A stretch of 64,000 bases of DNA from Solobacterium sp. (GTDB taxonomy: Bacteria; Bacillota_I; Bacilli_A; Erysipelotrichales; Erysipelotrichaceae): contig JAFUFO010000036.1 of assembly GCA_017469885.1 (NCBI GenBank), positions 89,991-153,990 on the forward strand, given 5' to 3'. Under the pieces are notes generated by a model, which saw only the letters and a program-made list of their open reading frames with translations, was not told the DNA's origin and did no database searches. Below, piece after piece: positions 7,572 through 17,726 of this stretch. A program made the position numbers and the translations under genes. Positions within the stretch are counted from its first letter, which is position 1. The number at the start of each line of letters is the position of its first letter.

Positions 7572-9068
7572 TTAATTCACAGATTTTTCTGTTTGGTTCT
7601 GTTCATCACACAGCTGGCGGAGCCACTTGAATACAACCAGCGTTGCATAGCTGTCCATTCCGCAATAGGCTTTCAGCTCATCCGCAATCTGATCAAAATC
7701 TGCATTTTTATCTTCACGGTCAAGCAGACGCCACTGGAAAACCGCATCCATTCCCTGCTGGATGTCGAGTTCATGATATCCCGGTTCATCCATCATCGAC
7801 ATGATGCGTTTCAGCGTCCATACGCCCTTCATACGGGTGTCATATACATATCCGCAGACAAACGGCACCTGCAGGTCTTTCATGCGTTCGTTCAGTGAAA
7901 GAAGCTGATCACGGTATTCCGGAAACAGATCCGCAAGCTCCCGGATCCGGATCTTTTCTGCACCGTCTGCGTTGTACGCAAATACGGTCCCGGTTTCCGG
8001 AACATCCTTCAGCATCTCTTCCACAAACTTTCGCCGGTCATCATGGACGGAAAGGAACACCTTATGGTCAACGGTTCCGTCTTCCTGCAGAATATGCAGA
8101 CTGTATTCAAACACGAGCACATCATAGGGCTTCATTCCGCGGTATGGCGGAATCGCAAAGCACTCCCACTCAAAGTCGATAAAGGATACCGGGAAAGTTA
8201 CATCACGGAACCAGCTCTTCAGCGCATTCCTGTCCGCATACAGACCGCCGCAGCGATCTGCCATGATCTGCGCATACTGCATCGGCGTTCCCTCAATGCG
8301 GGATGGATCGGCATCTTTCAGCCGCTCGATCCCCTCCTGACTCATCGCATAACGTTCCGACGTTCCGGTCAGCGTCAGGATGGAATCGCATGGTAGTTCA
8401 AGCTCCTGCGCAAAACAGCGCTCATAGTGGCGGCACTTCTGTCGGCCGGCACAACGTCCGGTACGGACTGCTTCGGGAAGCGGCTCACCCATGGCGGCTT
8501 CCATTTTCGCAATCTGCCGGGACAGATCCTTCATATTTGCATCGATTGCCTCTCGGACAGGTGTGGACGGATGGTTTTTGGAATTATAAAAGCGACTGCT
8601 TGTCACAAACAGCCTGGAAAGATCCAGTTCGTCTTCCCTGACATAGGACGCATTGAGATGAATGATCCGGATTTCCTTCAGCGGAATCTGAAGCTGTTCA
8701 AGCACCCATACGGTATCGCAGTAAAACTGCATGTCATCGGCTCGGGGAAACAGTCCGACAAACAGGAAATACAGATCATAGCCGCCATCGACATGATGCA
8801 GAAACGGAACCTTGATGCGGAGTCCGCCGTACTCAAACCGAGCCTTCAGGATCCATTCGTGTTCCTGCAGGGCACGCATTGATTTCGCCGGATCATCACC
8901 GCGTTCTCCGATGAAGCAGTCTTTTGCGCCGAGATATTCTGCCGCAAGGGCTGTCACTTCATCATCGAGACGGACCATTCTGCGAAACGGCGTCGGTTCG
9001 GTGATCTGGTCAAGGAGGAAGATTCGCGGACATCGGTTGTATTTTTTCAGATCAGAAATATGAAACAT
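7572..9068 (-). CDS. DUF2779-domain protein (Cas4-like N-terminus plus RNase H-like exonuclease fold)
   Basis: Start MFHISDLKKYNRCPR with SD GAGG; FIDFE, FEYSLH, AYNA, YCGMDS motifs. Confidence 0.75.
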   Translation of the reverse strand: MFHISDLKKYNRCPRIFLLDQITEPTPFRRMVRLDDEVTALAAEYLGAKDCFIGERGDDPAKSMRALQEHEWILKARFEYGGLRIKVPFLHHVDGGYDLYFLFVGLFPRADDMQFYCDTVWVLEQLQIPLKEIRIIHLNASYVREDELDLSRLFVTSSRFYNSKNHPSTPVREAIDANMKDLSRQIAKMEAAMGEPLPEAVRTGRCAGRQKCRHYERCFAQELELPCDSILTLTGTSERYAMSQEGIERLKDADPSRIEGTPMQYAQIMADRCGGLYADRNALKSWFRDVTFPVSFIDFEWECFAIPPYRGMKPYDVLVFEYSLHILQEDGTVDHKVFLSVHDDRRKFVEEMLKDVPETGTVFAYNADGAEKIRIRELADLFPEYRDQLLSLNERMKDLQVPFVCGYVYDTRMKGVWTLKRIMSMMDEPGYHELDIQQGMDAVFQWRLLDREDKNADFDQIADELKAYCGMDSYATLVVFKWLRQLCDEQNQTEKSVN

Positions 9069-9075
9069 GATTTCC

Positions 9076-10317
9076 TCAGAATACAAAATTTCCATGACGG
9101 AAGACCGGTGTTTCACTTCCGTCTTTATGAATGCCGGTCACGGAAAGATCTTCCGTACCGAACATGAAATCCTCATGGATTGCGCTGACATTACCGCCGG
9201 CAGCGCGCAGTTCCTTATCGCTCATGTGTTCGCCGCCTTTAATGCAGGTCGGATAGGATGCGCCGAGCGCCAGATGACAAGCCGCGTTTTCATCAAACAG
9301 CGTTTCGTAAAAGAGCAGGTTCAGATTGGAAATACTGCTGTCATACGGCACGAGCGCCACTTCTCCAAGGCGTACGCTTCCCGCATCGCTTTCCAGAAGC
9401 GACGCAAGCGTCTTCGCCCCTTTCTTCGCCTTCCAGGACGTTACTTTTCCCTTATGGAATTCAAAGGAGAATCCATCGATCATCGAACCGCCGATACACA
9501 GCGGTCGCGACGCAACAACTGTTCCTTCCGTTTTCATCCGATGCGGCGTTGTGAAAATCTCTTCGGTCGGGATATTCGGGTCAAACCACTGACCGGTGAG
9601 AATCCCCTTTTCGCGGCCGCCGCCCCAGATATGATTGTCCGGCAGCGGGACGAGCAGATTGGTTCCGATGCCGTTCTGAAAGTGCAGCGCCGCAAACTGA
9701 TGTCCGTTCATAATATCGCAATGACGCCGGATCATATCTCCGTGTTTCTGCCAGTTTTTGACCGCATTTCCCTTCCGGTCCATATAGACCGTATGAAAGA
9801 TTGCCTCATACAGTTTCTCAACTGCTTCGGCTTCGTCTTTAATCGCCGGAAATACCTGCTTTGCCCATGCGGGATTCGGAACTGCCGCAACACACCACTG
9901 ACCAAGGCTCTTCATGGTGTATTCCTGTACCTTGCGGAACGCTTTTCCGCGTGCCATGCGTACACGTCCGATCTTTTCTTCGTCAATTCCCTTAAGCAGA
10001 CCGGGATATTCCGACACGATATGCAGGAATGCGGCCTGTTCACCCTGTGTTTCCTGACGCCTCAGGATTTCCGATTCGCGTACCTTCGAAAGTTTTTCCT
10101 CCGACGCAAAGCGGTAATTGTTGCGCTGCACAAGTGCATCCTCAAATTCAATTTCCACTTTTCCGGCACCGCAGCGATACGCTTCTTCCTGCAGGATGCG
10201 CGCAAACGCAACATGTTCTGCCGGAATCGTCATCACCAGGGTCTGACCCGGTTTCAGAGAAACACCGCTCTCGATAATGAGGCGTGCATACGTCTTCAGC
10301 TGTTTCAATGAAGGCAT
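9076..10317 (-). CDS. Aminopeptidase, M29 (PepS/AmpS) family
   Basis: NIPTEEIFTTP, LGEVALV, FDENAACHLALG, HEDFMFG. Confidence 0.92.
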   Translation of the reverse strand: MPSLKQLKTYARLIIESGVSLKPGQTLVMTIPAEHVAFARILQEEAYRCGAGKVEIEFEDALVQRNNYRFASEEKLSKVRESEILRRQETQGEQAAFLHIVSEYPGLLKGIDEEKIGRVRMARGKAFRKVQEYTMKSLGQWCVAAVPNPAWAKQVFPAIKDEAEAVEKLYEAIFHTVYMDRKGNAVKNWQKHGDMIRRHCDIMNGHQFAALHFQNGIGTNLLVPLPDNHIWGGGREKGILTGQWFDPNIPTEEIFTTPHRMKTEGTVVASRPLCIGGSMIDGFSFEFHKGKVTSWKAKKGAKTLASLLESDAGSVRLGEVALVPYDSSISNLNLLFYETLFDENAACHLALGASYPTCIKGGEHMSDKELRAAGGNVSAIHEDFMFGTEDLSVTGIHKDGSETPVFRHGNFVF

Positions 10318-10321
10318 GAAT

Positions 10322-11620
10322 TCATTCTTCCTTTCCGATCAGGTTCAGACCTGATACTTTTGTGAAACGAACCCGTACAAAATCTCCCGGCTCATATGCG
10401 TTTTCCGAACGGAACCGCACACAGCCGTCCACATTGTCCGGGGCATGCATGTAGCTTCTGCCGATATACATGCCGGTCAGAGGATCAACTCCTTCGACCA
10501 GCACATCGGTTTCTTTGCCGATGAACCGCTCCTGCCGTTCATGACTCAGACGGCTCTGTACGTCCATCAGCTCATTCATCCGCTGCTCCTTCACTTCCTG
10601 CGGAACATCGTCTTCCAGCTCAAATGCCGGCGTATCTTCCTCTTTGGAATAGGTAAATACACCGAGCCGGTCCCAGCCGATCTCTTCGACGAGACTGAGA
10701 TTATCCGCATGGTCCTGTTCGCTCTCGCCCGGAAATCCGGTGATCAGCGTTGTACGAAGAACTGCATCCGGGAAGGTTTCCCGCAGTTTCAGACAGCGTT
10801 CCCGGATCAGTTCCCGGCTGCCGCGGCGATGCATCGCCGTCAGCATACGGTCACTTCCGTGCTGGATGGGAATATCAAAGTATGGAAGAATATGCGTTCC
10901 GGTACGGATCGTTTCAATAAGGTCATCCGGGATCTCATCCGGATACAGATACAGGATCCGGATCCAGCGGATGCCATCGATCTGATCCAGTTCCTTAAGC
11001 AGTGCGGACAGTTTCAGTTCGCCGTAAAGATCAATTCCATAGCGGCTGGAATCCTGGGCAATCAGGTTCAGTTCCTTTACCCCTTCTCCTGCCAGCCGTT
11101 TTGCCTCTTCGATGATCTCTTCCATCGGACGCGAGACAAACGGACCGCGGATCAGAGGAATCGCGCAGTAGCTGCAGCGGTTGTCACAGCCGTCCGCAAT
11201 CCGAAGATATGCCATCCACGGTTTTCCGGAAAGCACACGGGTTGTCTTTCCGTACGTATTGGAAATGCGCACGCCGAGCACATCCGAAAGGATGGCGCCG
11301 AGATTGCCGTATTCATCAATGGAAATAAAGCGGTCGACTTCCGGCATCTCCTGTTCGAGTTCCGGTTTGTAGCGCTGCGAAAGACAGCCCATGACGATCA
11401 GCTTCTTCAGACCGGCTTCCTTGTACTCCGCCGCTTCGAGGATCGTATTGATTGCCTCCATCTTTGCGCTTTCAATAAAGCCGCAGGTATTGATGATAAC
11501 TGCCTCTGCCTCAGAATATTCTGAAACGGTTTCGATTCCGCTTTCCCGCAGGATTCCGAGAAGGTACTCGGTATCCACCAGGTTCTTGGCACAGCCAAGC
11601 GATATAACTCCGATTTTCAT
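10322..11620 (-). CDS. rimO: Ribosomal protein S12 methylthiotransferase
   Basis: SLGCAKNLVD, NTCGFI, GCDNRCSYCAIP radical-SAM motif, TRAM-like C-terminus. Confidence 0.94.
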   Translation of the reverse strand: MKIGVISLGCAKNLVDTEYLLGILRESGIETVSEYSEAEAVIINTCGFIESAKMEAINTILEAAEYKEAGLKKLIVMGCLSQRYKPELEQEMPEVDRFISIDEYGNLGAILSDVLGVRISNTYGKTTRVLSGKPWMAYLRIADGCDNRCSYCAIPLIRGPFVSRPMEEIIEEAKRLAGEGVKELNLIAQDSSRYGIDLYGELKLSALLKELDQIDGIRWIRILYLYPDEIPDDLIETIRTGTHILPYFDIPIQHGSDRMLTAMHRRGSRELIRERCLKLRETFPDAVLRTTLITGFPGESEQDHADNLSLVEEIGWDRLGVFTYSKEEDTPAFELEDDVPQEVKEQRMNELMDVQSRLSHERQERFIGKETDVLVEGVDPLTGMYIGRSYMHAPDNVDGCVRFRSENAYEPGDFVRVRFTKVSGLNLIGKEE

Positions 11621-11695
11621 GTTTTTATTACTTTCCCGCCCTATTGTATCACAGGCGCAAAAAACGCACCGTCTCCGATGCGTTTTCGTATCATA

Positions 11696-13015
11696 TCAGT
11701 CTGCGAGTGTTCCAAACGGATCCCACGGTTCAAGGACTTTTACCCTGCCATTCAGTTCCCTGCGCTGTTTTGCGGTCAGATATTCCTTCTTGACGGAGAC
11801 TTCATAGACATACTTGTCAAACCAGGTATCCGAACAGATATAGTAGCCCTTATTCGCCTTCTCATCACCCCAGGAGTTTTCAATCTTCCAGCGGGTCGGC
11901 TTGCCGTTGACAAGGTTCACACCGGTAAATACCATGGCATGATTCATTGCACTGTGGCGGCTGTCGAGCATCTCCGCCTTGGAGAGATCCAGATTCATCC
12001 GGAATGTATGTGCATAGTCATATGCCTGATCATCCCAGAGTCCGGTGGTGCGGTTGCCGTCTTTACCGCAGTCACAGCCAAACCAGACCGGAGTTCCGGC
12101 TTTCAGCTGGCGGATGATCGCATCCTTAAACTCCCTGATCGGAAGATTGAGGTAACGGATCTCATTGCCCGAGACAACATTTCCGATATATTTGACCGTA
12201 TACATTTTGTGATACGGCTTGTCTTCCGTCGGTGCATTGATCAGAACTGCATACTCATTCAGATCTTCGCCAAGATACTTCTCATAGAATTCCAGCGGTG
12301 TCACATCCTGGATCGCATGATGCTTTTTCTTTGTGTCCCGGTATTCAAAGGTAAAGCTCACCGGTGGCATGCCGAAGCAGTCCGCAATCAGGCGGTAGCA
12401 TTCTTCCAGCGCTGCCTTCCGCAGCTGTTCGGTTTCCTCCGGCGAACCCGCCTTGCGTACATCGAGCGCAAACCGGCGCAGGCGCTGATTCAGAAGACCA
12501 TTCATGCGTGCCGTGTGCGAGCTTGCATATGTTTCAAGCATTGCCTCTTTCGGGCAGATACCGTACTTGCGGATCAGGCTTACTGCCATGTCCCACTGTC
12601 CGCCGTCACTGATGCCGTTGTCCAGCAGCCACTGCATGGTGCGGTCATCCAGCGGTTTATCGCCTTCCGCGATCACACAGTTCATGAACCAGTTGCACTT
12701 TTCCAGCTTGTCATAGAATGAAATATAGTTCTGGGACAGTTCAAAATTCCGGATATTGTACTTCTTTGCGATCATCTCACGCAGAACATTCAGCGTGGAG
12801 AAGATCCAGCAGCGTCCGGATGCCCGCTGATTGGTGACAGGCATGGTCTCAAGCTCAATGGAGAAGAGATTCGGATTGGCATTCTTTGCCTCGAAAACGG
12901 ATGCCGCAGATTCCAGATCGCGGTCCGTCAGCGCATTGCGCACGATGCGGTTCACATCATCCGCAAGATAGGTTTTCCGCAGCGCCGCCAGTTCCTGTTT
13001 TGTGATTGATTTCAT
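11696..13015 (-). CDS. pepC: Aminopeptidase C / bleomycin hydrolase (C1B)
   Basis: NQRASGRCW, DGGQWDM, NHAMVFTG, WKIENSWG. Confidence 0.94.
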   Translation of the reverse strand: MKSITKQELAALRKTYLADDVNRIVRNALTDRDLESAASVFEAKNANPNLFSIELETMPVTNQRASGRCWIFSTLNVLREMIAKKYNIRNFELSQNYISFYDKLEKCNWFMNCVIAEGDKPLDDRTMQWLLDNGISDGGQWDMAVSLIRKYGICPKEAMLETYASSHTARMNGLLNQRLRRFALDVRKAGSPEETEQLRKAALEECYRLIADCFGMPPVSFTFEYRDTKKKHHAIQDVTPLEFYEKYLGEDLNEYAVLINAPTEDKPYHKMYTVKYIGNVVSGNEIRYLNLPIREFKDAIIRQLKAGTPVWFGCDCGKDGNRTTGLWDDQAYDYAHTFRMNLDLSKAEMLDSRHSAMNHAMVFTGVNLVNGKPTRWKIENSWGDEKANKGYYICSDTWFDKYVYEVSVKKEYLTAKQRRELNGRVKVLEPWDPFGTLAD

Positions 13016-13046
13016 GAGTTCCTCTTTTCTATATCAGAGCGCCGTT

Positions 13047-13448
13047 TCAGGACCGGCGCGTAAATTCCATTCCGCATTTCGGGCAGTGCACACTGACTTC
13101 GCCTCTGCCTTTTGGCACACGGCAGATCTGATGGCACTTCGGACACAGATAATAGCGGTGTACTTTATCCCTGCGTCCCATGGACCAGGCCTTGAACAGC
13201 CTTCTTGGGACCACGGTACGTTCGCGGAAGATACGGTTTTCCGCACTGCGCTTTACCCGGTTTTTGGAAAGCGCCCGGCTGACCACCAGGATCAGAAGGA
13301 TCAGCGAGACGACCATACATGCCTGCACACCGGTAAAGATGCCCGCAAGATCTGCGATGACTGCGCCCGCAAGCAGCGTATAGTTCAGGTCATCATATCC
13401 ATACCGGTCCCGCATGAACCGGTATATCCATTCTCTGAAGCGATTCAT
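13047..13448 (-). CDS. Membrane protein with C-terminal Zn-ribbon
   Basis: Two TM segments, then CPKC...CPKC; start MNRFREW after SD. Confidence 0.65.
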   Translation of the reverse strand: MNRFREWIYRFMRDRYGYDDLNYTLLAGAVIADLAGIFTGVQACMVVSLILLILVVSRALSKNRVKRSAENRIFRERTVVPRRLFKAWSMGRRDKVHRYYLCPKCHQICRVPKGRGEVSVHCPKCGMEFTRRS

Positions 13449-13449
13449 T

Positions 13450-14265
13450 TTATTCCTTTCCCTCATTACGTTCTTCTGTTATCTGAAACCGGATCGTCAG
13501 AACCAGATACCAGATCATATATACCCCGAATGCGGCCATCACATCAGAGATGAAATGCATGCCCGCCATGATCCGGGAAAATGCGACAAATACCGTAAAC
13601 ACAAATGAGATGGTCCAGTAGATCCACGGCTTCTGCGGAAGATCATCGAAGAGATCCGGCAGAAACGTGATAAAGAACATCGCAGCCGCCGATACGGTAT
13701 GTCCGCTTGGAAACGAACGGTAGTAATCTCTCCGGAAGGCAAACCCGGCAATATGGAACCATTCCCGGAAGGAAGCGCCTTCCTGCAGGATGGCAATAAA
13801 ACGCGGCCGCCCCCAGATGCATTTCATCAGCTGTACCGAGAGAAACGCTCCTGTGGTAATGGCAATGCCAAGCCAGAGCAGCTTCTTCCGCCGTTCAGTG
13901 AGTTCCGGCAGCGGAAGAATCGCCAGCAATCCATAGAACAGCAGTGAAGCACCGGCCACAGACAGTATCTCGCTGAGAATGAACTGTTCCGGATCGATCA
14001 GGTTCCATCCACAGGTAATGCACAGAGCCGCCTCGATCAGCCGGAACAGGATCTGTTTCTGCGGCTTTGGAAACAGTGCCCGCAGGCACCAGGCAGGCGC
14101 AAAAAACACCGGCAGCGGACCGATCCGCGCACCTGTGAGGACAACGGCTGAAATCTGCCTTGCGGTAAGATGTTCGGACAGCGGCATGTCATATTTTGCG
14201 GCCATCAGAAACAGGCAGAAATATGCAATCACGGTCAGTACCGGAAGTACAATACGGCGTTTCAT
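13450..14265 (-). CDS. PAP2 family phosphatase
   Basis: KCIWGRPRF, SFPSGH, SRIMAGMHFISDV. Confidence 0.9.
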   Translation of the reverse strand: MKRRIVLPVLTVIAYFCLFLMAAKYDMPLSEHLTARQISAVVLTGARIGPLPVFFAPAWCLRALFPKPQKQILFRLIEAALCITCGWNLIDPEQFILSEILSVAGASLLFYGLLAILPLPELTERRKKLLWLGIAITTGAFLSVQLMKCIWGRPRFIAILQEGASFREWFHIAGFAFRRDYYRSFPSGHTVSAAAMFFITFLPDLFDDLPQKPWIYWTISFVFTVFVAFSRIMAGMHFISDVMAAFGVYMIWYLVLTIRFQITEERNEGKE

Positions 14266-14327
14266 ACCTGCAAATCATAAAACGGAACCTGCATTCTTGC
14301 AAAGGTTCCGTTCGTTTCTGTTTCCCC

Positions 14328-14636
14328 TTACGGCGCCTGCACAACCGCAATCGCCATTCCTCCGTCATGCGAAATGCTCACGGAGAGCTCCGGATGGTCT
14401 TTGATATAAGGTTTTCCATATTCGTCATTGAGTACCGAGCAGCTCAGACAGTCTTTCCAGCCGGTCGCCTTGAAGAGTGCTTCCTTTGCGGCAAACCGTC
14501 CGCCGATATATTCGATCCGTCGGGAAGCGGTGTTCCGTCCGGCAAGCTCAAGCTGTTCATCCGCTGTCAGCACACGCCGGATAAAAGCCTCATCGTCCTT
14601 CACTCTGGAAAGATCCGTGATATCGACGCCGATCAT
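14328..14636 (-). CDS. acpS: Holo-ACP synthase (phosphopantetheinyl transferase)
   Basis: IGVDI, GRFAAKEALFKA, GKP, SISHD. Confidence 0.92.
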   Translation of the reverse strand: MIGVDITDLSRVKDDEAFIRRVLTADEQLELAGRNTASRRIEYIGGRFAAKEALFKATGWKDCLSCSVLNDEYGKPYIKDHPELSVSISHDGGMAIAVVQAP

Positions 14637-15361
14637 CGTTTCTCCACTTCGGCAGCGGCAGAAAAAACCTTGTCGCCATCCATGACACCGTCGATCCGGT
14701 ACCTGCCGTTTTCATACTCGTAAAACAGCGTTACCTGATCCCCGTACGACAGTTCCTTCAGATAGTTGATCTGAATGGTTCTGACCCGGGTCACTTCATG
14801 GAAATGCATGTCATACATGTCATCGATCCAGTCGAGATACCGGGTATTGTTCATATGTCCGTTGAGATCAATATCAGAATACATCACCTTGCGGATGATG
14901 GCCGGAATATCCGACTCGATTGCCCGCAGTCCCATCGGCAGCAGCGGCATCCCCTGTTCTTCGACACCGGGAATCTCGATCTGTTCTTCTTCCGGAACGA
15001 TCGGAGTTCTGGAATCCGCGTAAATCAGAAGCCATATCGCAGAACCGCGCAGAATCAGCGACCCTTCGCTGTCCCGCACTTCGTAATAACGCGGGAACAT
15101 CATGTGGGCGCGTTTTCCGGCGATCGTCGAAATCGTGATGGTCTCGTCGTAACAGATCGGGCGCTCCATTTCAAGACGCATCCGGGAAATCACCCAGAGC
15201 ATTCCCTTATCAAGGGTTTTATCGCGGGTAAGGCCGACCCGTTCCACATCCGCAATGCTGATTTCCTGCAATATGGAAAACAGCCTGGAAAGGCGCAGAT
15301 GCTGAAAACGGTCGCAGTCAGAAGACAGGATCTTTATTTCTTTTGAGTGATACTCAGGCAT
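14633..15361 (-). CDS. Acyl-ACP thioesterase (FatA/FatB-like)
   Basis: LWVISRMRLE, SDIDLNGHMNNTRY, INYLKEL. Confidence 0.9.
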   Translation of the reverse strand: MPEYHSKEIKILSSDCDRFQHLRLSRLFSILQEISIADVERVGLTRDKTLDKGMLWVISRMRLEMERPICYDETITISTIAGKRAHMMFPRYYEVRDSEGSLILRGSAIWLLIYADSRTPIVPEEEQIEIPGVEEQGMPLLPMGLRAIESDIPAIIRKVMYSDIDLNGHMNNTRYLDWIDDMYDMHFHEVTRVRTIQINYLKELSYGDQVTLFYEYENGRYRIDGVMDGDKVFSAAAEVEKR

Positions 15362-15614
15362 TTGCAGCGCCCTTCTGCGCTTCGCGGATGGCATCGATCA
15401 CATCCTGTACGGTTGAAAGATTCTTCCACTTTTCATCCGGAATCCGAACATTGAACCGTGCTTCGATCTTTGTCATCAGCATGACAAAACTCATGGAATC
15501 CGCGCCGAGATCCCGGTTGATTACCGTCTCCGGGGTTACCGATTCGGTTTCGGTTTCAGGCAGGCATACATGAATAATCTTCAGTAATTCATCCAGCATT
15601 TCCTTATCAGTCAT
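15354..15614 (-). CDS. Acyl carrier protein
   Basis: DLGADSMSFV motif; ATGA overlap with the ligase stop. Confidence 0.88.
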   Translation of the reverse strand: MTDKEMLDELLKIIHVCLPETETESVTPETVINRDLGADSMSFVMLMTKIEARFNVRIPDEKWKNLSTVQDVIDAIREAQKGAANA

Positions 15615-16951
15615 GATAGTAATTCCTCCACTTTCCATCGTCTCAGTTTTCCTGTGGCAGTCCGGGGAAGCGGTCCGTCCACAACCTGAATATATTTGAT
15701 ACGTTTGCTTATACTCTGTCCGGCATTGAAGCGGTCCACGATCTTTGCTGCATCCGCCTCCGGTCCGCCGTTTCCGATGACCAGAGCCGGCGCATTCTGA
15801 TACAGAATTACGGCAATCTCAGGACCAAGTTCCTTTGCCAGCTGTTCTTCCCATTCCGGACAGAAGATCTTCTCACCGTTGCTGAGAACAAGCACATCAT
15901 TTTTCCGGCCTTTCAGCCGCAGGCGTCCGTTTTCGTCGATCTCTCCAAGATCACCCGTATAAAGAACACCGTTTTTCAGCGCCGCCGCGGTTTCCTCCGG
16001 GCGGTGCCAGTAACCTTCCATCATGCATGGTGTGGAAATCAGAACTTCGCCTTCCTCACTGATCGTGCATGTGGTATCCGGACAGAGATCCAGCGCGAAC
16101 GGATCATCGGATCCGACTGAGATGGCAAGACCGCTTGCGGTTTCACTCAGTCCATAGCCGAAGCTGACCCGGATTCCCTTATCCCGAATGGCTTTCAGTA
16201 CATGATTGCCGCATGGCGCTGCACCGACAAGTACGGTATGACATTCCGGGTTGATACTGTCGGTTGTGAGCAGATACGACAGCAGTGTCGGCACCATGAC
16301 CAGAATCGTTGTCCCGAATGCTTTCGGATCTTCCGTATAGTGACGCATGCCTCTGCCGATTCCGACGCACGCGCCGAAGCTGAGCGGCCAGAGCAATGTA
16401 CAGACTAGACCGAATACATGGCTCAGCGGCAGCATTCCCGCAATCACATCCTCCGGTCCGCATGCCAGCATCTGCTGACCGTTCCAGGCGGAATAGGCAA
16501 GTGCCTTCTGGCTCAGCACGACCGCCTTGTTGGATGCGCTGGTGCCGCTGGTAAAGACCAGGATATGTCCCGGATACTCCACCTTACCTTCCGCGATCGA
16601 TGCGGTTTTAAACCCGCTGTTGGACGGCAGGATTTCTTCAATGCCGAAGGCATCAATCAGACCCTGTGTCATATCACGGGAAAGTGAAGGATCCAGGAGA
16701 ACGGTTCGTTTGCCGGCAATCGGTGCCGCAAACAGGTCCACGATCCAGTCCACCGACGGAATGCCGTAAAGACCGACACAGCCGCAGGGCTGGGCAGAAA
16801 GTGCTTCCGCGCGCGCTTCCACAAGCGCAGACAGTTCCGCATAGGTGACGGTCTTCAGCGTACCGTCCGCTTCCGCTGTCCGCAATGCAGGAAGCGGTCC
16901 AAACGCTTCCTTACCATGCTGGATAATCTGTTTGAAATTCTCACATTTCAT
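15611..16951 (-). CDS. AMP-binding long-chain acyl-CoA/acyl-ACP ligase
   Basis: FTSGTS, GYGLSET, YTGDLG, GRKNDVLVLSNGEKI. Confidence 0.88.
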   Translation of the reverse strand: MKCENFKQIIQHGKEAFGPLPALRTAEADGTLKTVTYAELSALVEARAEALSAQPCGCVGLYGIPSVDWIVDLFAAPIAGKRTVLLDPSLSRDMTQGLIDAFGIEEILPSNSGFKTASIAEGKVEYPGHILVFTSGTSASNKAVVLSQKALAYSAWNGQQMLACGPEDVIAGMLPLSHVFGLVCTLLWPLSFGACVGIGRGMRHYTEDPKAFGTTILVMVPTLLSYLLTTDSINPECHTVLVGAAPCGNHVLKAIRDKGIRVSFGYGLSETASGLAISVGSDDPFALDLCPDTTCTISEEGEVLISTPCMMEGYWHRPEETAAALKNGVLYTGDLGEIDENGRLRLKGRKNDVLVLSNGEKIFCPEWEEQLAKELGPEIAVILYQNAPALVIGNGGPEADAAKIVDRFNAGQSISKRIKYIQVVDGPLPRTATGKLRRWKVEELLS

Positions 16952-16979
16952 AGCGCTATTCTATCACGAAAAACGCCGC

Positions 16980-17726
16980 TCAGAAGCGGCGATCCTCCAG
17001 TCGCAGAAACTCACGGGTGCGCTCTTCGCGCGGGGATTCAAAGAATGCCTTGGATTCCCCTTCTTCGACGATTTTTCCATGTTCCATAAAGATGGTGCGG
17101 GACGAAACATTCCGGGCAAAATCCATCTCATGCGTTACGACGATCATGGTCATGCCCTCATCCGCCAGCTGACGCATGACGGTCAGGACTTCTCCGATCA
17201 GTTCCGGGTCCAGTGCGGACGTCGGTTCATCAAAGTAGATGATCTCGGGATCTGCCGCAAGCGCTCTTGCGATGGCAACACGCTGCTGCTGACCGCCGGA
17301 GAGCTGACTTGGATAATGGGAGGCACGGTCTGCCATGCCGACCTTTTCCAGCATACGCATGCCTTTTTCTTCCGCCTGTGCCTTATCCATATGCCGCGCA
17401 ATCAACAGCCCTTCCGTGACATTCTGAAGCGCAGTCTTATTGCGGAAGAGATTGTAGTTCTGAAATACAAATCCGGTATGCAGACGGATTTCACTGATCT
17501 GCTTTTTGGAAATGTGCGCCATATCATGCGTTATTCCGTCGAATACCAGACTGCCGCTGTCGGCGGTCTCAAGAAAGTTGATGCAGCGGAGCAATGTGGT
17601 TTTTCCACCGCCCGACGGGCCGAGCACCGCAATCACATCACCTTTTTCCACCGACATGGATACCCCGTCGAGGACAACGGTATCGCCGAATGATTTATGT
17701 AAATCCCTGACTTCAAGAAGTGCCAT
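16980..17726 (-). CDS. Amino acid ABC transporter ATP-binding protein
   Basis: GPSGGGKT, LSGGQQQR, FDEPTSALD. Confidence 0.94.
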   Translation of the reverse strand: MALLEVRDLHKSFGDTVVLDGVSMSVEKGDVIAVLGPSGGGKTTLLRCINFLETADSGSLVFDGITHDMAHISKKQISEIRLHTGFVFQNYNLFRNKTALQNVTEGLLIARHMDKAQAEEKGMRMLEKVGMADRASHYPSQLSGGQQQRVAIARALAADPEIIYFDEPTSALDPELIGEVLTVMRQLADEGMTMIVVTHEMDFARNVSSRTIFMEHGKIVEEGESKAFFESPREERTREFLRLEDRRF

